DNA of 64,000 bases from Halodesulfurarchaeum sp. Its GTDB lineage: Archaea; Halobacteriota; Halobacteria; Halobacteriales; Halobacteriaceae. How positions within the stretch are numbered: position 1 is the first letter of the stretch; every line of letters begins with the position of its first letter. Of the stretch, positions 33,914 through 44,533 are shown in pieces. The translations under genes were made by a program, and so were the position numbers. The notes under the pieces are model-generated. The model was given only the letters and a program-made list of their open reading frames with translations. It did not search any database and was not told where the DNA came from. Location of the stretch: assembly GCA_034520565.1 (NCBI GenBank), contig JAXHNL010000002.1:1-64000 (forward strand), read 5' to 3'.

Positions 33914-35861
33914 TCATATTTCTGTGACGCGGTGGTATTCTTCGGACAGAGCGCCTGCGTCCTCCGGTAGTAGGGCAATGACCAGAACATCCGTATATTT
34001 CTTGAAATGATCGACAAGTTTGGCGATTCGGTTGCTATCGACCGCTTCTACCGAGTCGAGCAACATGAACGGGACTGTCTCGTTTACGTCGTGGACTAAA
34101 TAGCCAGCCAGTGCAAAAACGAGACCGACCACTTCTCGTTCGCTTTCACTCAAATGGTCGATGGTATCCTCGTAGACGGTACCGTCATCCGTTTTTCGAA
34201 CCACGTGAAGGCGGAATTCGCTCGCGGAATTCTTCGTTCTCCTCCCGTTCTTTCCGTCCCGGCGTTCGATCCAAATGCGCTCCAGGTTATCGTATTCGAG
34301 TAAATCCAGTACGAGTTCCATATGCTCGTTGAATTCGTCGATAGCCTGGTTTTCGATCGACTGAACCCGTGTGCGCAAGTTTCTTAACGTCTCTGTAATC
34401 TGTTCTCGTTCCGTTCGAAGCGATTCTACGTCCTCGGTACTTTCCCTGATTTCTGCGATAGTTGCTTCGATGTCCGACAATCTGTCCTGTAGCTGCGTGG
34501 ATTCGAATTCAAGCTCGTTTACCTCCTTGTGTACTGCCAGTACCTCCGATTGGTCCTGGGACTCGAAGGACCGAATCTCCGCTTCCAGGGACTCGATTTC
34601 CGATTCCAGTTCGTCTTTCCGCTCCTGAAGGGTTTCGATTCTGCGTTCACTCGTTTCGATGTCCGTTTCGATGTCCGACCGTTTCCCGTTAAGTCGAGTC
34701 CGTTTTTGGCTTTTTTGTTTGATTTCTCGCTTTTCCTTCTGGAGGGACTGGAGTTCGGTATCAAGCGAGTTCCGTTTTTCCGCCTGAGTTTGATGCAGGT
34801 CTTTCAATCGAGAAACTGTCTTATCGATGCGTTCTTCCGGCACTTCACTTCCACACGTCCAGCAGATGGTCGTTCCAGAGACGAGATCGTCAGTGACGGA
34901 TTTACCAGTATTTGTCTGATGTTGGACCATTTCGAGCAACTTCGGCATTCGATCCGTCGAGAAGTTGCTCATTGAACTGTACGATTTGTTCGGATACTGA
35001 GTGATCGTCGATTCGAGCTGACTGTTTGTGGTCACGAAGGCGGCGAATTTCGGCGTCCAGTTCGTCGACTTTCCCGCCGTTTTTTTCCGGCAGGGAATCG
35101 AGTGCCTCCATCAGTTCGTCCAGTTCTTCCCTGTTCGCTTCGACCCGTTGTTCGGCCGTATCCAACTGGAATTTGACGTCTTCGAGGTCGGCTCTGGCTG
35201 TCTGCAATTCCTCCATTTTCGCATCGAGTTCGGCTTTCCGCTGTTTCGTCTCGTCGACGGACCCATTCAAGGAATCGAGTTCTACCCGCTTTTCCTGTAG
35301 TTGTTTCTCGACGTCTTCCAGACGAGACTCGACTTCGTGACGTTCTGCTTCTAACTCGGGCAGCCGTTCTTTTTCGTCCTCGAGTGCCTCGATTCGTTGA
35401 TCGACCGATTTTCGCTCGCGCTCGAGTTCCGAAATTTCCCGCTGTATTTCGTCGTAATCAATTGGGTCCATGATAATATCACGGAGATCTGCATCCGTCC
35501 TTACGGCCCGTCTAGCTGCATTATTTTCGAGGAGAAACGCAAATAACTCCGCCGTTGACGCGTCTTCGACGTACGCATCACCGGAAAATCGAACCGTAGA
35601 ATTTTCCCGCATCAGTTCTTGCCCGTAGATTTCTGTCTTCCAATTGAGCTGGGCTTCTCCCCAATCTTTGTCACCTTTCAACGAAACGTTATCGCTTCCG
35701 AGGGCCGCCATCATCGCCTGCAAAAAAGAGGTTCGATGTGTCGCGTTTCTTCCCGTCAAAATATTAACTCCTTCGACCAGTTCGACTGACGTCTCATTAA
35801 TGCCCCCGATATTTTCAGCTGTGACCTCGAGGGGCTTCGAAGATTCGGTATTTTGGGACAT
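33914..35861 (-). CDS. sph3: Archaea-specific SMC-like protein Sph3; split by indels near 34930-35020
   Basis: ENIGGI, LTGRNATHRTSFLQA, long coiled coil, CWTCG hook, HLSESEREV, MLLDSVEAVD; directly downstream of rdfA. Confidence 0.88.
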
Positions 35862-35904
35862 TATTCCTGATATATATTGGATTTCTCATCAATCTTCCGG
35901 ACCA

Positions 35905-36501
35905 TTATTCCGCACACCCACAACCACCCCCTTCCAGCAGCTCCGTGACACGCATTTCCGCCCCGCAGTCACTACAGTACACCCGTGCTTCGACATATAC
36001 CTCAGTGTCGCCGACAGTGACCGCGTCAATCTTCGCAAACCGTTCGATGACGCTTTCCGAAACGGCCTTCGTTCGGTTTTCCAATCTATTGATCGACTCG
36101 ACTGCATCCGTTAGTTGCTCCTCTGGATCCCGGCTCGAGTACGTCTCCCCTTCGACTTCAGTCAGGTACGAATGGACCGATTGATGCGTGACGAAATCCG
36201 ATTCCAGTTCGTCCACGTCCACTCCCTGCCGTTCGAGATCACGTCGCTTCTGGACCGCTTCGGCCTTCGTTTGTTCCCCCGCCAGCGCCTCGTAAATGTG
36301 TTCGATATCACGCTGTGTGGCCATCACCCCCTTTGATTCGAGAACCGTTTCGAGTATCTGTTTGTTGAGTTTCCTCGCCAACTCCCGTAAACTGAGCCGT
36401 TCTCCCCGATTTCCCGTCCAAAGTGACACAAGGTCCAGAGCGATGTCGTACTTCTCCATCACCAACTGAACTTTGCTTCGATAATCCCCGGTGTTGCTCA
36501 T
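35905..36501 (-). CDS. rdfA: Rod-determining factor RdfA family protein
   Basis: SKV..V..KY, SLRELARKLN, LERQGVDVDELESDFVTHQSVHSYL, C-terminal CSDCG...GGCGC. Confidence 0.88.
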   Translation of the reverse strand: MSNTGDYRSKVQLVMEKYDIALDLVSLWTGNRGERLSLRELARKLNKQILETVLESKGVMATQRDIEHIYEALAGEQTKAEAVQKRRDLERQGVDVDELESDFVTHQSVHSYLTEVEGETYSSRDPEEQLTDAVESINRLENRTKAVSESVIERFAKIDAVTVGDTEVYVEARVYCSDCGAEMRVTELLEGGGCGCAE

Positions 36502-36571
36502 ATACCTCTCGTATTCTTCGAGTTGGTTTATGAAACTACTGGAGGTCAGCCCAGTATCCCCACTCTGCCGG

Positions 36572-37750
36572 TTACAGCGAATCTTTCATCGCTTCGAGCC
36601 CGGCCCGGACGTCTACGTCGGCTCCGGCCCGTTCGAGAGCCTTTCCGAATGCCACCATGAAAGACGACACCGTGTTCGGTCGTGCCCCATACCCCATACA
36701 TCCAACGCGGAATATCTCGCCATCGAGTGCCCCCAGTCCGCCAGCAATTTCGATCCCATAGGTATCGAGGAGATCTCCTCGGACCGCCTCGTCGGACACG
36801 CCCGCCGGGACTCGAATCGCGTTCAGGGTCGGCAACCAGTACTCCGCTTCCGGATTGAGTTCCAGCCCCATCGCCTCGATGCCGGCCTTGATGGCCCCGG
36901 CCATCTGTCTGTGACGGTCCCAGCGAGCTTCGATTCCTTCCTCTGCAACGATTCGAAGCGCTTCCCTAATCGAATACACGTTCGTTATGGGCGCAGTGTG
37001 GTGGTAGGACCGATCATCGCCCCAGTATCCCTCCAACAGGCTCAAATCGAGATACCACGATCGAACGTCGTTTTCCCGGTTCGTGATCTTGTCCATCGAG
37101 CGGTCGTTCACGGTGATCGGACTGGCGCCGGGTGGTGCTGAAAGGGCTTTTTGCGATCCCGAATAGGCGACGTCGATGTTCCAATCGTCGACCCGTAACT
37201 CCACACCACCCAGTGACGTGACGGTATCTGCGATCACGTACGCGTCGTGTTCGTGAGCGATTGCCGTTAGTTCGGGAACGTCGGGTTGAAGGACGCCCGT
37301 ACTCGTTTCGGCATGGACGAAGCCGAACACATCCGGCTGGTGTGTTTCGAAGGCATCGACGACGTCGTCGACGGCGAGGGGCTTTCCCCAGGGCGCGTCG
37401 ACGGTCACTACCTCGCCACCGGCTCGGCGGGCCATTTTACCCATTCGACCACCGAAGTACCCGTTCGTCGGGACGAGAACTGTCTCGCCCGGTTCGACCA
37501 TGTTCGCGATTGCCGTTTCCATAGCCGCACTTCCCGTTCCACTTACCGGGATGGTCCACTGATTCTCCGTCCGAAACGTGTATCGGAGGAGTTCCTGAAC
37601 GTCATCCATCATCGTTACGAAAGCGGGGTCGAGGTGACCGACGAGTGGATTACTCATCGCCCGAAGAACACGAGGATGGACCTCGCTCGGTCCGGGTCCC
37701 ATCAGTAATCGATCAGGTACACGCATCTCTCCGACGTCGGGGGCGTTCAT
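36572..37750 (-). CDS. Alanine-glyoxylate/serine-pyruvate aminotransferase (class V PLP)
   Basis: LLMGPGPS, SGTGSAAME, HAETSTG, DTVTSLGG, SGSQKAL (PLP Lys), YHHTAP. Confidence 0.94.
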   Translation of the reverse strand: MNAPDVGEMRVPDRLLMGPGPSEVHPRVLRAMSNPLVGHLDPAFVTMMDDVQELLRYTFRTENQWTIPVSGTGSAAMETAIANMVEPGETVLVPTNGYFGGRMGKMARRAGGEVVTVDAPWGKPLAVDDVVDAFETHQPDVFGFVHAETSTGVLQPDVPELTAIAHEHDAYVIADTVTSLGGVELRVDDWNIDVAYSGSQKALSAPPGASPITVNDRSMDKITNRENDVRSWYLDLSLLEGYWGDDRSYHHTAPITNVYSIREALRIVAEEGIEARWDRHRQMAGAIKAGIEAMGLELNPEAEYWLPTLNAIRVPAGVSDEAVRGDLLDTYGIEIAGGLGALDGEIFRVGCMGYGARPNTVSSFMVAFGKALERAGADVDVRAGLEAMKDSL

Positions 37751-38818
37751 CCTACAGTACAATAATTTCGCTCTCGTCCATAAGCGTTTGCTATCTGTAT
37801 GAACGGATATGAAGACAAACAGGTTCCATTACTTGACCGAGAATTTCGGCCGGTTACCAGCCGGTTCTGAAAGTATCAGTGATATATATTTGTGATCTGT
37901 TTATTCTGGTCTCTTATCGGATTACACATATCAGGTCCGTGCTTTTGTCACCGTGAAATAATTTGAATACTGTATGCCGTTCTTCTAAAGGTCACCATAG
38001 AGGAAGCGGCACTATCCGCTAAAAATTCGCCGTTGCCGAGACAAAACACACTGTTTGTCGACCAACGACCGAATTTTTTAATTAAAATTTTTCCAGATTT
38101 CCTCCGTTAATATTCGATTATATTTTAATAATATTGTTATTATGAAGAAAAATTCGTCATACGTAGGTTTCTTTCATTTGTTCTAAAGACGGCAAAAAAC
38201 AACCAGATCCCGCGATTACAGGCGAACGGTCGCCACACGAAGAGTCATCGAAATGCCGGCGGTCTTCTCGTAGGATCCCCTCATTCGCCCAAATTGGGAC
38301 AAACAATGCGGTCGGTTTTCGGCTCTTATCAACTCTACATATAATACTAAATATTGATAATATAAACAAATCCAGTTGATTCAAACGATTTCATGTACCC
38401 ATTAGTTTCGATATGTGTTCGTGTCGAAGTTGATCGACGTGCCGGAAAATCTATTAGAGCGACTACGTTCCACCGTCGAGACTCACGAATGCCATATAGA
38501 TTTCTATCAATACAGCGTCGCTCGTAGTTCAGTTCGTTCCACGGGCTGGGGAAGATATCTGATACCTCACAGAGCAGCCTCCACCTGACCGGTGAGCGGA
38601 CACACCGCAAAACCTTCGTCCGGTGTGCGCATATACACCAGTAGGAATATAATAAATGGAAAGGTGACCATTGTAATGTGAATGTGGGCGGTTGGAACAA
38701 CGAATATTGAGCAGAAAAGTCGTGTGCCGACGGAAACGTACGTAAGGAAGCAACAAGTTCTCGGAAGTCCCTCAACAAGTCCGAACCCTTCTCCCGGATG
38801 ATTCACCTTACGACCGAC

Positions 38819-39802
38819 CTAAATAAGACCCTGTTCCGCCAAAAAGGCCCGTGCGACTTGGACTGGCTCGTTCCCGTCGACAATGACACGGCCGTTGAGT
38901 TCTCGCATGACCGAATTGTCCTCGATAAGCGGGCCGAGTTCGTCGAGGAGAGATTCGATCTCCGGCGTCTCGGCAAGAAGCGAAGTCCGAACGACCGGTG
39001 CGGGGCTGTAGATCGGCCAGAAGTCCCGATCGTCCTGCAGTTTTTGTAACCCGAGTTCGGTAATCTGGGGATCGGTCGTAAATCCCATCGCGATGTCCAC
39101 ATCCCCTGGTCGCAGGAACTCGTAAGTTAGTCCGGCAGGCACCACCTCTATCGACTCCTCCCACGTGGCCCGGACCCGGTCATCGATTCCGTACCTGTCG
39201 AGCAATCCCGGCCAGCCGTCGGGTCTGTCGTAAAACGACGAGCCGAGGACTGCAGTAACGTCCGTGTTGCCTGCCTTAACGTGATCAGCGAGCCCAGAAA
39301 TCGTCGAAATACCGGTCCTTTCGACCCAGGATTCCGAGGCCAGCAACCCATAAGAGTTGTTAATCGGTGCCCGTTCGAGGACCGTGAGATCGGTGGCCGC
39401 CTCGATCTGTTCTTTGGCGTCTCGGTACTGAACTTCGGGATCGGCGATCCGCCGGTACTGTTTGGGTGAGTGGGTGAGGCGAAGCGTTCCCGTATACTCC
39501 CAGGAGAGATCGACGGATCCCTCCTGTAGCCCTGCCCATACGTCTTTCGTCGTCCCGTATTCGGTTTCGTCGACGATCATTGCATCGGTATGGTGTCCGA
39601 GGGTAATGAGGGCGAGGTAGCCGAGGATCTCGTTTTCGACGAATTGCTTAGAAGCGACCGCGATGCTGTCCTCGGCGGCCCCTGTCGTTTTCGAAGCCCC
39701 AGCAGCAACCGATTGGGTATTGCAGCCCGCTAGGCTGGATGCTGCGAGCGTCCCACCGATCCCACGTAAGACATCCCGTCGTCGGAGTGACTGTCGTTCC
39801 AT
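38819..39802 (-). CDS. Glycine betaine/osmoprotectant ABC substrate-binding protein (OpuAC/OsmF-like), Tat lipoprotein
   Basis: RRRDVL, LAGC, SKQFVENEILG, WEYTGT, NNSY, RPDGWPGL, FTTDPQI, DDRDFWPIY. Confidence 0.9.
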   Translation of the reverse strand: MERQSLRRRDVLRGIGGTLAASSLAGCNTQSVAAGASKTTGAAEDSIAVASKQFVENEILGYLALITLGHHTDAMIVDETEYGTTKDVWAGLQEGSVDLSWEYTGTLRLTHSPKQYRRIADPEVQYRDAKEQIEAATDLTVLERAPINNSYGLLASESWVERTGISTISGLADHVKAGNTDVTAVLGSSFYDRPDGWPGLLDRYGIDDRVRATWEESIEVVPAGLTYEFLRPGDVDIAMGFTTDPQITELGLQKLQDDRDFWPIYSPAPVVRTSLLAETPEIESLLDELGPLIEDNSVMRELNGRVIVDGNEPVQVARAFLAEQGLI

Positions 39803-40477
39803 GGATGGGAGAAATAACTCCCCGGTTAAACCCTTTCGGATATCTTATACAATTTGGCCGAAACGTTTGGTAACCCCGACCATGTGACGAATTATAGTGG
39901 TTGTTATTCCCATGTAGAGAGGGAGTATGACACGTTTGGAAGTCACTCTCTGGCGTGCGCAAAGCGTCCAATACCGTATCATTTATTTGATGATTACTGC
40001 CTTCGAGTCGGAATCCATCAACCGCGACCAGTGTCTCACACGTCCCCGAGCCGGCCATTTCCTGGGACAGTGACACGTTTTGTCCTGTGAATGCTCCGGA
40101 GAAGATAGCTAAATCGAAGCAGTTACCTGATCTTGATAGTTCGAAACCGGGAAGAATGCCGGTCACTCCGGAGTGTATGGGAAAAACGTCCTGGCCCCCT
40201 AGAGACAAGGGTTTCCCGGATACTGGTCTTCCATCGATGGTTTTCGAGTAAAGTGAGGAATCTTCCGTCTACTGGATAAAGCCTGAGCTGATTTGTGTCG
40301 GGAACGAGTTTCTACTGTGAGACGCTGAACTTCGCAATCGAACGCTTTTCTCCACCGCCTACAGATGTCACGGATCGGTCGGTAACCGAGTTTCGATAGA
40401 ATTAGGGGGCGGAGTCGTTCGAAAAGGTGTACACCCCAGGATACAGTCTTATACGACTCGGGGGCATCCCCTGTGTC

Positions 40478-41101
40478 ATGGTAAATGATGACACGAAGGA
40501 ACAGGGAAGCCTGTCGGAGATAGATTCGTGGACGGGAGGGTTCAGCTGGATAGCGTATCCCGAAGAACGCGGAAAGAGAGCAAGTCATGCGCTGCTGACG
40601 GAAGGTGGTGTCTGGCTCGTCGATCCAGTAGATGTAGATGGATTGGACGAGCGGGTAGCGAAACTGGGGAACGTAACTGGCGTGCTGGTTCTCCAGGATC
40701 GCCATACACGTGATGCGGCGGAAGTGGCCCGCCGACACGACGTCGCTGTATTCATCCCCGAATGGATGACCCTGGCACGCGAAAAATTGGATGCCGAAGC
40801 CGAACCAGTCGGTTCGAATCTTCCCGGATCGAACTACACGGTCCATCGATTGATCGAGAGGAAGGACTGGGAAGAAGCCGTCCTCGTCGACGAGACGACG
40901 AAAACGCTCGTCGTCCCCGAAGCAATCGGTACCCTCCCATCCTTCGGAAAGAACGATACCGAACTTGGCGTTCATCCGTCCGTCGACGAACCGCCCCACA
41001 AGCTCGCGGACTGGAATCCCGACCGGATACTCGTCGGCCACGGCACGAGCGTCCACGACGATGCGAATCGACAGTTGCGAGCGGCACTTGATGTCGAGTG
41101 A
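40478..41101 (+). CDS. Conserved haloarchaeal hypothetical protein (degenerate metallo-beta-lactamase-like)
   Basis: RASHAL, WLVDPVD, DRHTRD, ILVGHG; acidic composition. Confidence 0.7.
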   Translation: MVNDDTKEQGSLSEIDSWTGGFSWIAYPEERGKRASHALLTEGGVWLVDPVDVDGLDERVAKLGNVTGVLVLQDRHTRDAAEVARRHDVAVFIPEWMTLAREKLDAEAEPVGSNLPGSNYTVHRLIERKDWEEAVLVDETTKTLVVPEAIGTLPSFGKNDTELGVHPSVDEPPHKLADWNPDRILVGHGTSVHDDANRQLRAALDVE

Positions 41102-41571
41102 GCGGTTTTTCGTACGGGTCCAGTTCACGGATATTTCGGTTCCCGAGACCCGAGTGAAATCGAGCGGGCTGAGTATACGCTCCGGGATTCGATCAACACG
41201 ACAACATTCGAGTGTAAACGTTTCAGCAAACGCCGAGGGAACGATTTGGAGTGACAGCAGTTAGGAACAGTGTTCGAGTCGAACGTCAAACGTTTCGCCA
41301 TCAACCACACGACGGGCTCTCGATGAAAATTCGGGTAACACTCAGGTTCCTCAAAGTTCCGAAATTATTCATGCAGGACCGATTTCGACCGAATACAGGA
41401 CGGGGTTTTGCCCACTTTTCCAGTTCGAGAAGGGGATGGAAAACGGCCTGACGGGAAACGACGCATCGATTGATTTGTGAATATCGAATAAGTCAGACTT
41501 TTTCGCAGCCCCATTTATCAACGTTTTAAAATCAATCAATCACGAACAGATTAAAATCCGTTCGGGCTACC

Positions 41572-42711
41572 CTATTCGTATTGTCCGTACTCTTCTGCAG
41601 CCTCGACGAGGGCTCTGAAATTCTCACTCGGCGTGTTGGGATTCGTATCACAGGCCGGGGTTAGAATGAAGCCACCACCCTCGGCCGCGTACTCGATATT
41701 CCGCTTCGCCGTTGCTTTGACTTTTGCAGGGTCTCCCTCAAGGAGGACAGTGACTGGATCAACGTTGCCGAGAATGCACACCTGATCGCCGACATCCTTC
41801 TTGACCGCCTTGAGCATGATGCTATACGGGTCATCCTCGTCGTAGTCGATGTTCTCATTCCCCAACGTATCCTCCAGGTATTCGACGTCCTTCGGCCACT
41901 TATCGACGTTCCCGTAGTTGGCATGAATGCCACCAGGGGCCCCGTCCGGTATCGTATCGGCGACCATCTGGATGATACCAGTCGTATCACCGCAGGGGTG
42001 ATTGATCGGGATCATCCCGGTGTCCGCAATCGCTTTGAAGTCCTCCTGGAGATACGGGAGGACGAACTCTTCGTACTGCGGAGGAGATGTCGTTTCCGTC
42101 GCGGCAACTGGATCGAGGACGACGACGCCGTGTGCTTTCCCCGCAAAGGCAGTATGGTACTGGATGTGGAACTCGTTCAATTTTTCCAAGAATTCGTGCA
42201 CTTTCTCGGGGTTCTCGTACATCCCTCGATAGAGTTCTTCGTGACCGATCAGGTTCGCAGCCGTGCTGAATACCCCCGAGACAATCGGGGCGACGGCCTT
42301 CTGATCACCCACTTCCTCCATGAGGATCGCAGACTCTTGGAGGACCGACGACGTCCTGATATGCTCTTCCAAATCGGGGAAATCGAAGTCGTCGATTTCG
42401 TCCCAGGACTCGAACGTCCGCTGGGTTGCATCGACGATTTCCATGTGTTCACTCCAGAATCCCTGGGCTCCACAGGCTTTGGCCTCGACGAAACACCCAT
42501 CGATACCCGCGATTACCATATCATCGCCGAAGTTCTCGTTTGCTGCGATCTTCGCCTTCGCCATCGTTTCCGGATCGTTCTGGGCATCTTTCGGGCGTTC
42601 GTCAATTTCCCAGAGTGCCCGAGAAATCGCCAACGTTCCAACAGGTACCCGGTCCGGTTCTTTCCCCTGCAACGCCGTTGCGACCCGTTCCACACCTGCC
42701 ATTTCACCCAT
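41572..42711 (-). CDS. MtaA/MtbA/CmuA-like methylcobamide methyltransferase (MT2; uroporphyrinogen decarboxylase fold)
   Basis: ERVATALQGKEPDRVPV, VEAKACG, H-x-C Zn motif (NHPCG), LGNVDP, distal Cys (TPACD); GGAGGTG ribosome-binding site couples it to the corrinoid gene. Confidence 0.82.
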   Translation of the reverse strand: MGEMAGVERVATALQGKEPDRVPVGTLAISRALWEIDERPKDAQNDPETMAKAKIAANENFGDDMVIAGIDGCFVEAKACGAQGFWSEHMEIVDATQRTFESWDEIDDFDFPDLEEHIRTSSVLQESAILMEEVGDQKAVAPIVSGVFSTAANLIGHEELYRGMYENPEKVHEFLEKLNEFHIQYHTAFAGKAHGVVVLDPVAATETTSPPQYEEFVLPYLQEDFKAIADTGMIPINHPCGDTTGIIQMVADTIPDGAPGGIHANYGNVDKWPKDVEYLEDTLGNENIDYDEDDPYSIMLKAVKKDVGDQVCILGNVDPVTVLLEGDPAKVKATAKRNIEYAAEGGGFILTPACDTNPNTPSENFRALVEAAEEYGQYE

Positions 42712-42713
42712 CG

Positions 42714-43388
42714 TTAGGCACCTCCTTTCGCTTCCTGTTCGAGTTCACGCCACAATCGTTCAGCTTCGCCTACCGACTGTGGCGCATCTGGCGCATAGCC
42801 ATCTGCACCGATTTTCTCGGCCCAATTGGCGTTCGCGGATCTGCCGCCAACGAGGACTTTGAACTCATCACGAAGTCCCCGGTCCTCGAGTTCGCGAATG
42901 ACATCCTGCATATTATCCCGTGTAATACTCATGAGGGCCGAGAGGGCGATCACATCCGCGTTTTCTTCGATTGCCCGATCCACGATTTCGTCTTCGGGTT
43001 TATCGACTCCCATGTCATGGACGTGGTGACCATTGCCGGCCAAAAACAGCCGGACGAGGTTCTTCCCGATATCGTGAATGTCCTCCTTGATCGTCGCAAG
43101 CACGATGGTCACACGTTCGTCTTTCTCGCCAGTCGTCGCCACCTGTTCGTTCAATGCCTCGGTCAGTGGGCCCATCACCGCTTCCAAGGTGTCGCCACAC
43201 CGCATGAGGTCCGTCAGGAAGAACTCGCCCGTTTCGTAATACTCTCCGATCGTATCCGCAGCTGGCAAGATCGCTTCGTCCAACACCTCCGTTGCATCTT
43301 GTTCTTGCAAAATCTCCGTCGTTAATGCTTCCGCCCGTTCCGTATCCGCATCGACGATGGCTTCTTTTAATTCCGTGGCTTTTGTCAT
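42714..43388 (-). CDS. Methyltransferase cognate corrinoid protein (MttC/MtbC/MtaC-like)
   Basis: N-terminal helical cap (IGEYYETGEFFLTDL) plus B12 motifs EDIHDIGKNLV, SALM, VLVGG, IGADGYAPDA. Confidence 0.93.
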   Translation of the reverse strand: MTKATELKEAIVDADTERAEALTTEILQEQDATEVLDEAILPAADTIGEYYETGEFFLTDLMRCGDTLEAVMGPLTEALNEQVATTGEKDERVTIVLATIKEDIHDIGKNLVRLFLAGNGHHVHDMGVDKPEDEIVDRAIEENADVIALSALMSITRDNMQDVIRELEDRGLRDEFKVLVGGRSANANWAEKIGADGYAPDAPQSVGEAERLWRELEQEAKGGA

Positions 43389-43624
43389 TGTGTAGCACTT
43401 ACATAGTCACATATGTTGCCGGATAATATAACACCGGTCCTCAACAATACAGGTAGTTAAATGGCATCACACCGCACATAGGAGAGCGGTTTTTGCCAAT
43501 AGTATCCCCAAAATGGGGCTTTGCCCCCTTTACCGGTGAATTCGGGTCGCATGAATTGGTTCAAAGAATGCATGTGGCCGTCGAATGTCAGATGAACCGC
43601 CCCGTACCGGAACTGAAATGAGTG

Positions 43625-44305
43625 CTATTCAACCATGGAACCAACGTATGGGCAGGTAGTGACGTATTCACAGTCCCCACAGCTGAGCAGCAGATCGGCC
43701 TGTTCGATGTTTGCTCCCAACCCTATTGCAAACGTGAACGTTTTTCTCGGCTCGGTGACGCGTGAATTCCGGAGGAAGACATCTATTTTCTCCGTTTCCA
43801 ACCGTTCAAACATGAAGCCTCGATTCTCGATATCCCACCCATCTCCCCGGGTTCCCGGGGGGAAAACTCGTGTGGTGTTATAACCGTTCTCGGATGCCCA
43901 CTCCTTGATTTCGGTCAACAGACTGATTCTGGCCAGTTGCAGCGCGACGTTTTCCATCGCGTCAGCGACGAGTGTCGGGAGTAATCCACTGACTGAATCC
44001 GAATCTTTCACGCCATCACCGATCGTCAGAACGCCCGGGACGATCCAGTCGGATTCCGTCAGACGTTCGGGGGGATCGAATCCCGCAATACCGGATTCAT
44101 CAATCGGAATTGCTCGAAACATCCCACGGGTTGACAACGCAGATTCCACGACGCCATGGAGACCCTCGACTTCGTCTCTCAACTCTTCACCGGAGTGGGT
44201 TGACCCTGCCCACCGGGGAAATGGGGGCGTTTCCATAATTCGATCGACGGTGAAGTCGATCTCGATGGGGTCGACAATTCTCGACTCCGACGAGGGCTCC
44301 GCCAT
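43625..44305 (-). CDS. Stand-alone methionine synthase reactivation-domain-like protein
   Basis: VLTIG, DAMENVAL, FPPG...WDIE, C-terminal CGDCEYVTTCPY; immediately upstream of the corrinoid gene. Confidence 0.55.
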   Translation of the reverse strand: MAEPSSESRIVDPIEIDFTVDRIMETPPFPRWAGSTHSGEELRDEVEGLHGVVESALSTRGMFRAIPIDESGIAGFDPPERLTESDWIVPGVLTIGDGVKDSDSVSGLLPTLVADAMENVALQLARISLLTEIKEWASENGYNTTRVFPPGTRGDGWDIENRGFMFERLETEKIDVFLRNSRVTEPRKTFTFAIGLGANIEQADLLLSCGDCEYVTTCPYVGSMVE

Positions 44306-44405
44306 GTGACTGCATAGCAGTTTGACGGTGAAAGCTTTACCTGCCGTTACTGAATGGGGGAATTCGTCGAATTATCGGGAAGTATCTACTTCGAGCATCC
44401 ACTCA

Positions 44406-44533
44406 AATACGATGTTGTACGGTGCCTGGAAAGGGATGGACAATTTGGATTGGCAACACCAGCGGCTGCAGGTAGATGCCCGGAGTCCTGAATTGGAGGA
44501 GAAGTTGGAGTGGGATCTTTCTATCGTGGAGTC
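44406..44533 (+). repeat. 128-bp direct repeat, copy 1 (3' remnant of an unidentified gene)
   Basis: Ungapped match to 48891-49018, 107/128 identical by hand count; encodes NTMLYGAWKGMDNLDWQHQRLQVDARSPELE. Confidence 0.85.

Noticed and set aside
32408-33970. Pyrrolysine readthrough or programmed frameshifting in mttB
   Set aside because: No in-frame TAG at the Pyl site and no slippery sequence at the break; it fits the general indel pattern.
33914-35861. SMC-like gene as part of a Wadjet or Lamassu defence system
   Set aside because: Its motifs (GRNATxRTS, CWTCG, HLSESE) and linkage to rdfA identify it as Sph3 family.
41572-42711. Annotation as heme-pathway uroporphyrinogen decarboxylase (hemE)
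   Set aside because: It lacks the RQAGR motif, has H-x-C...C zinc ligands and is coupled to a corrinoid protein gene.
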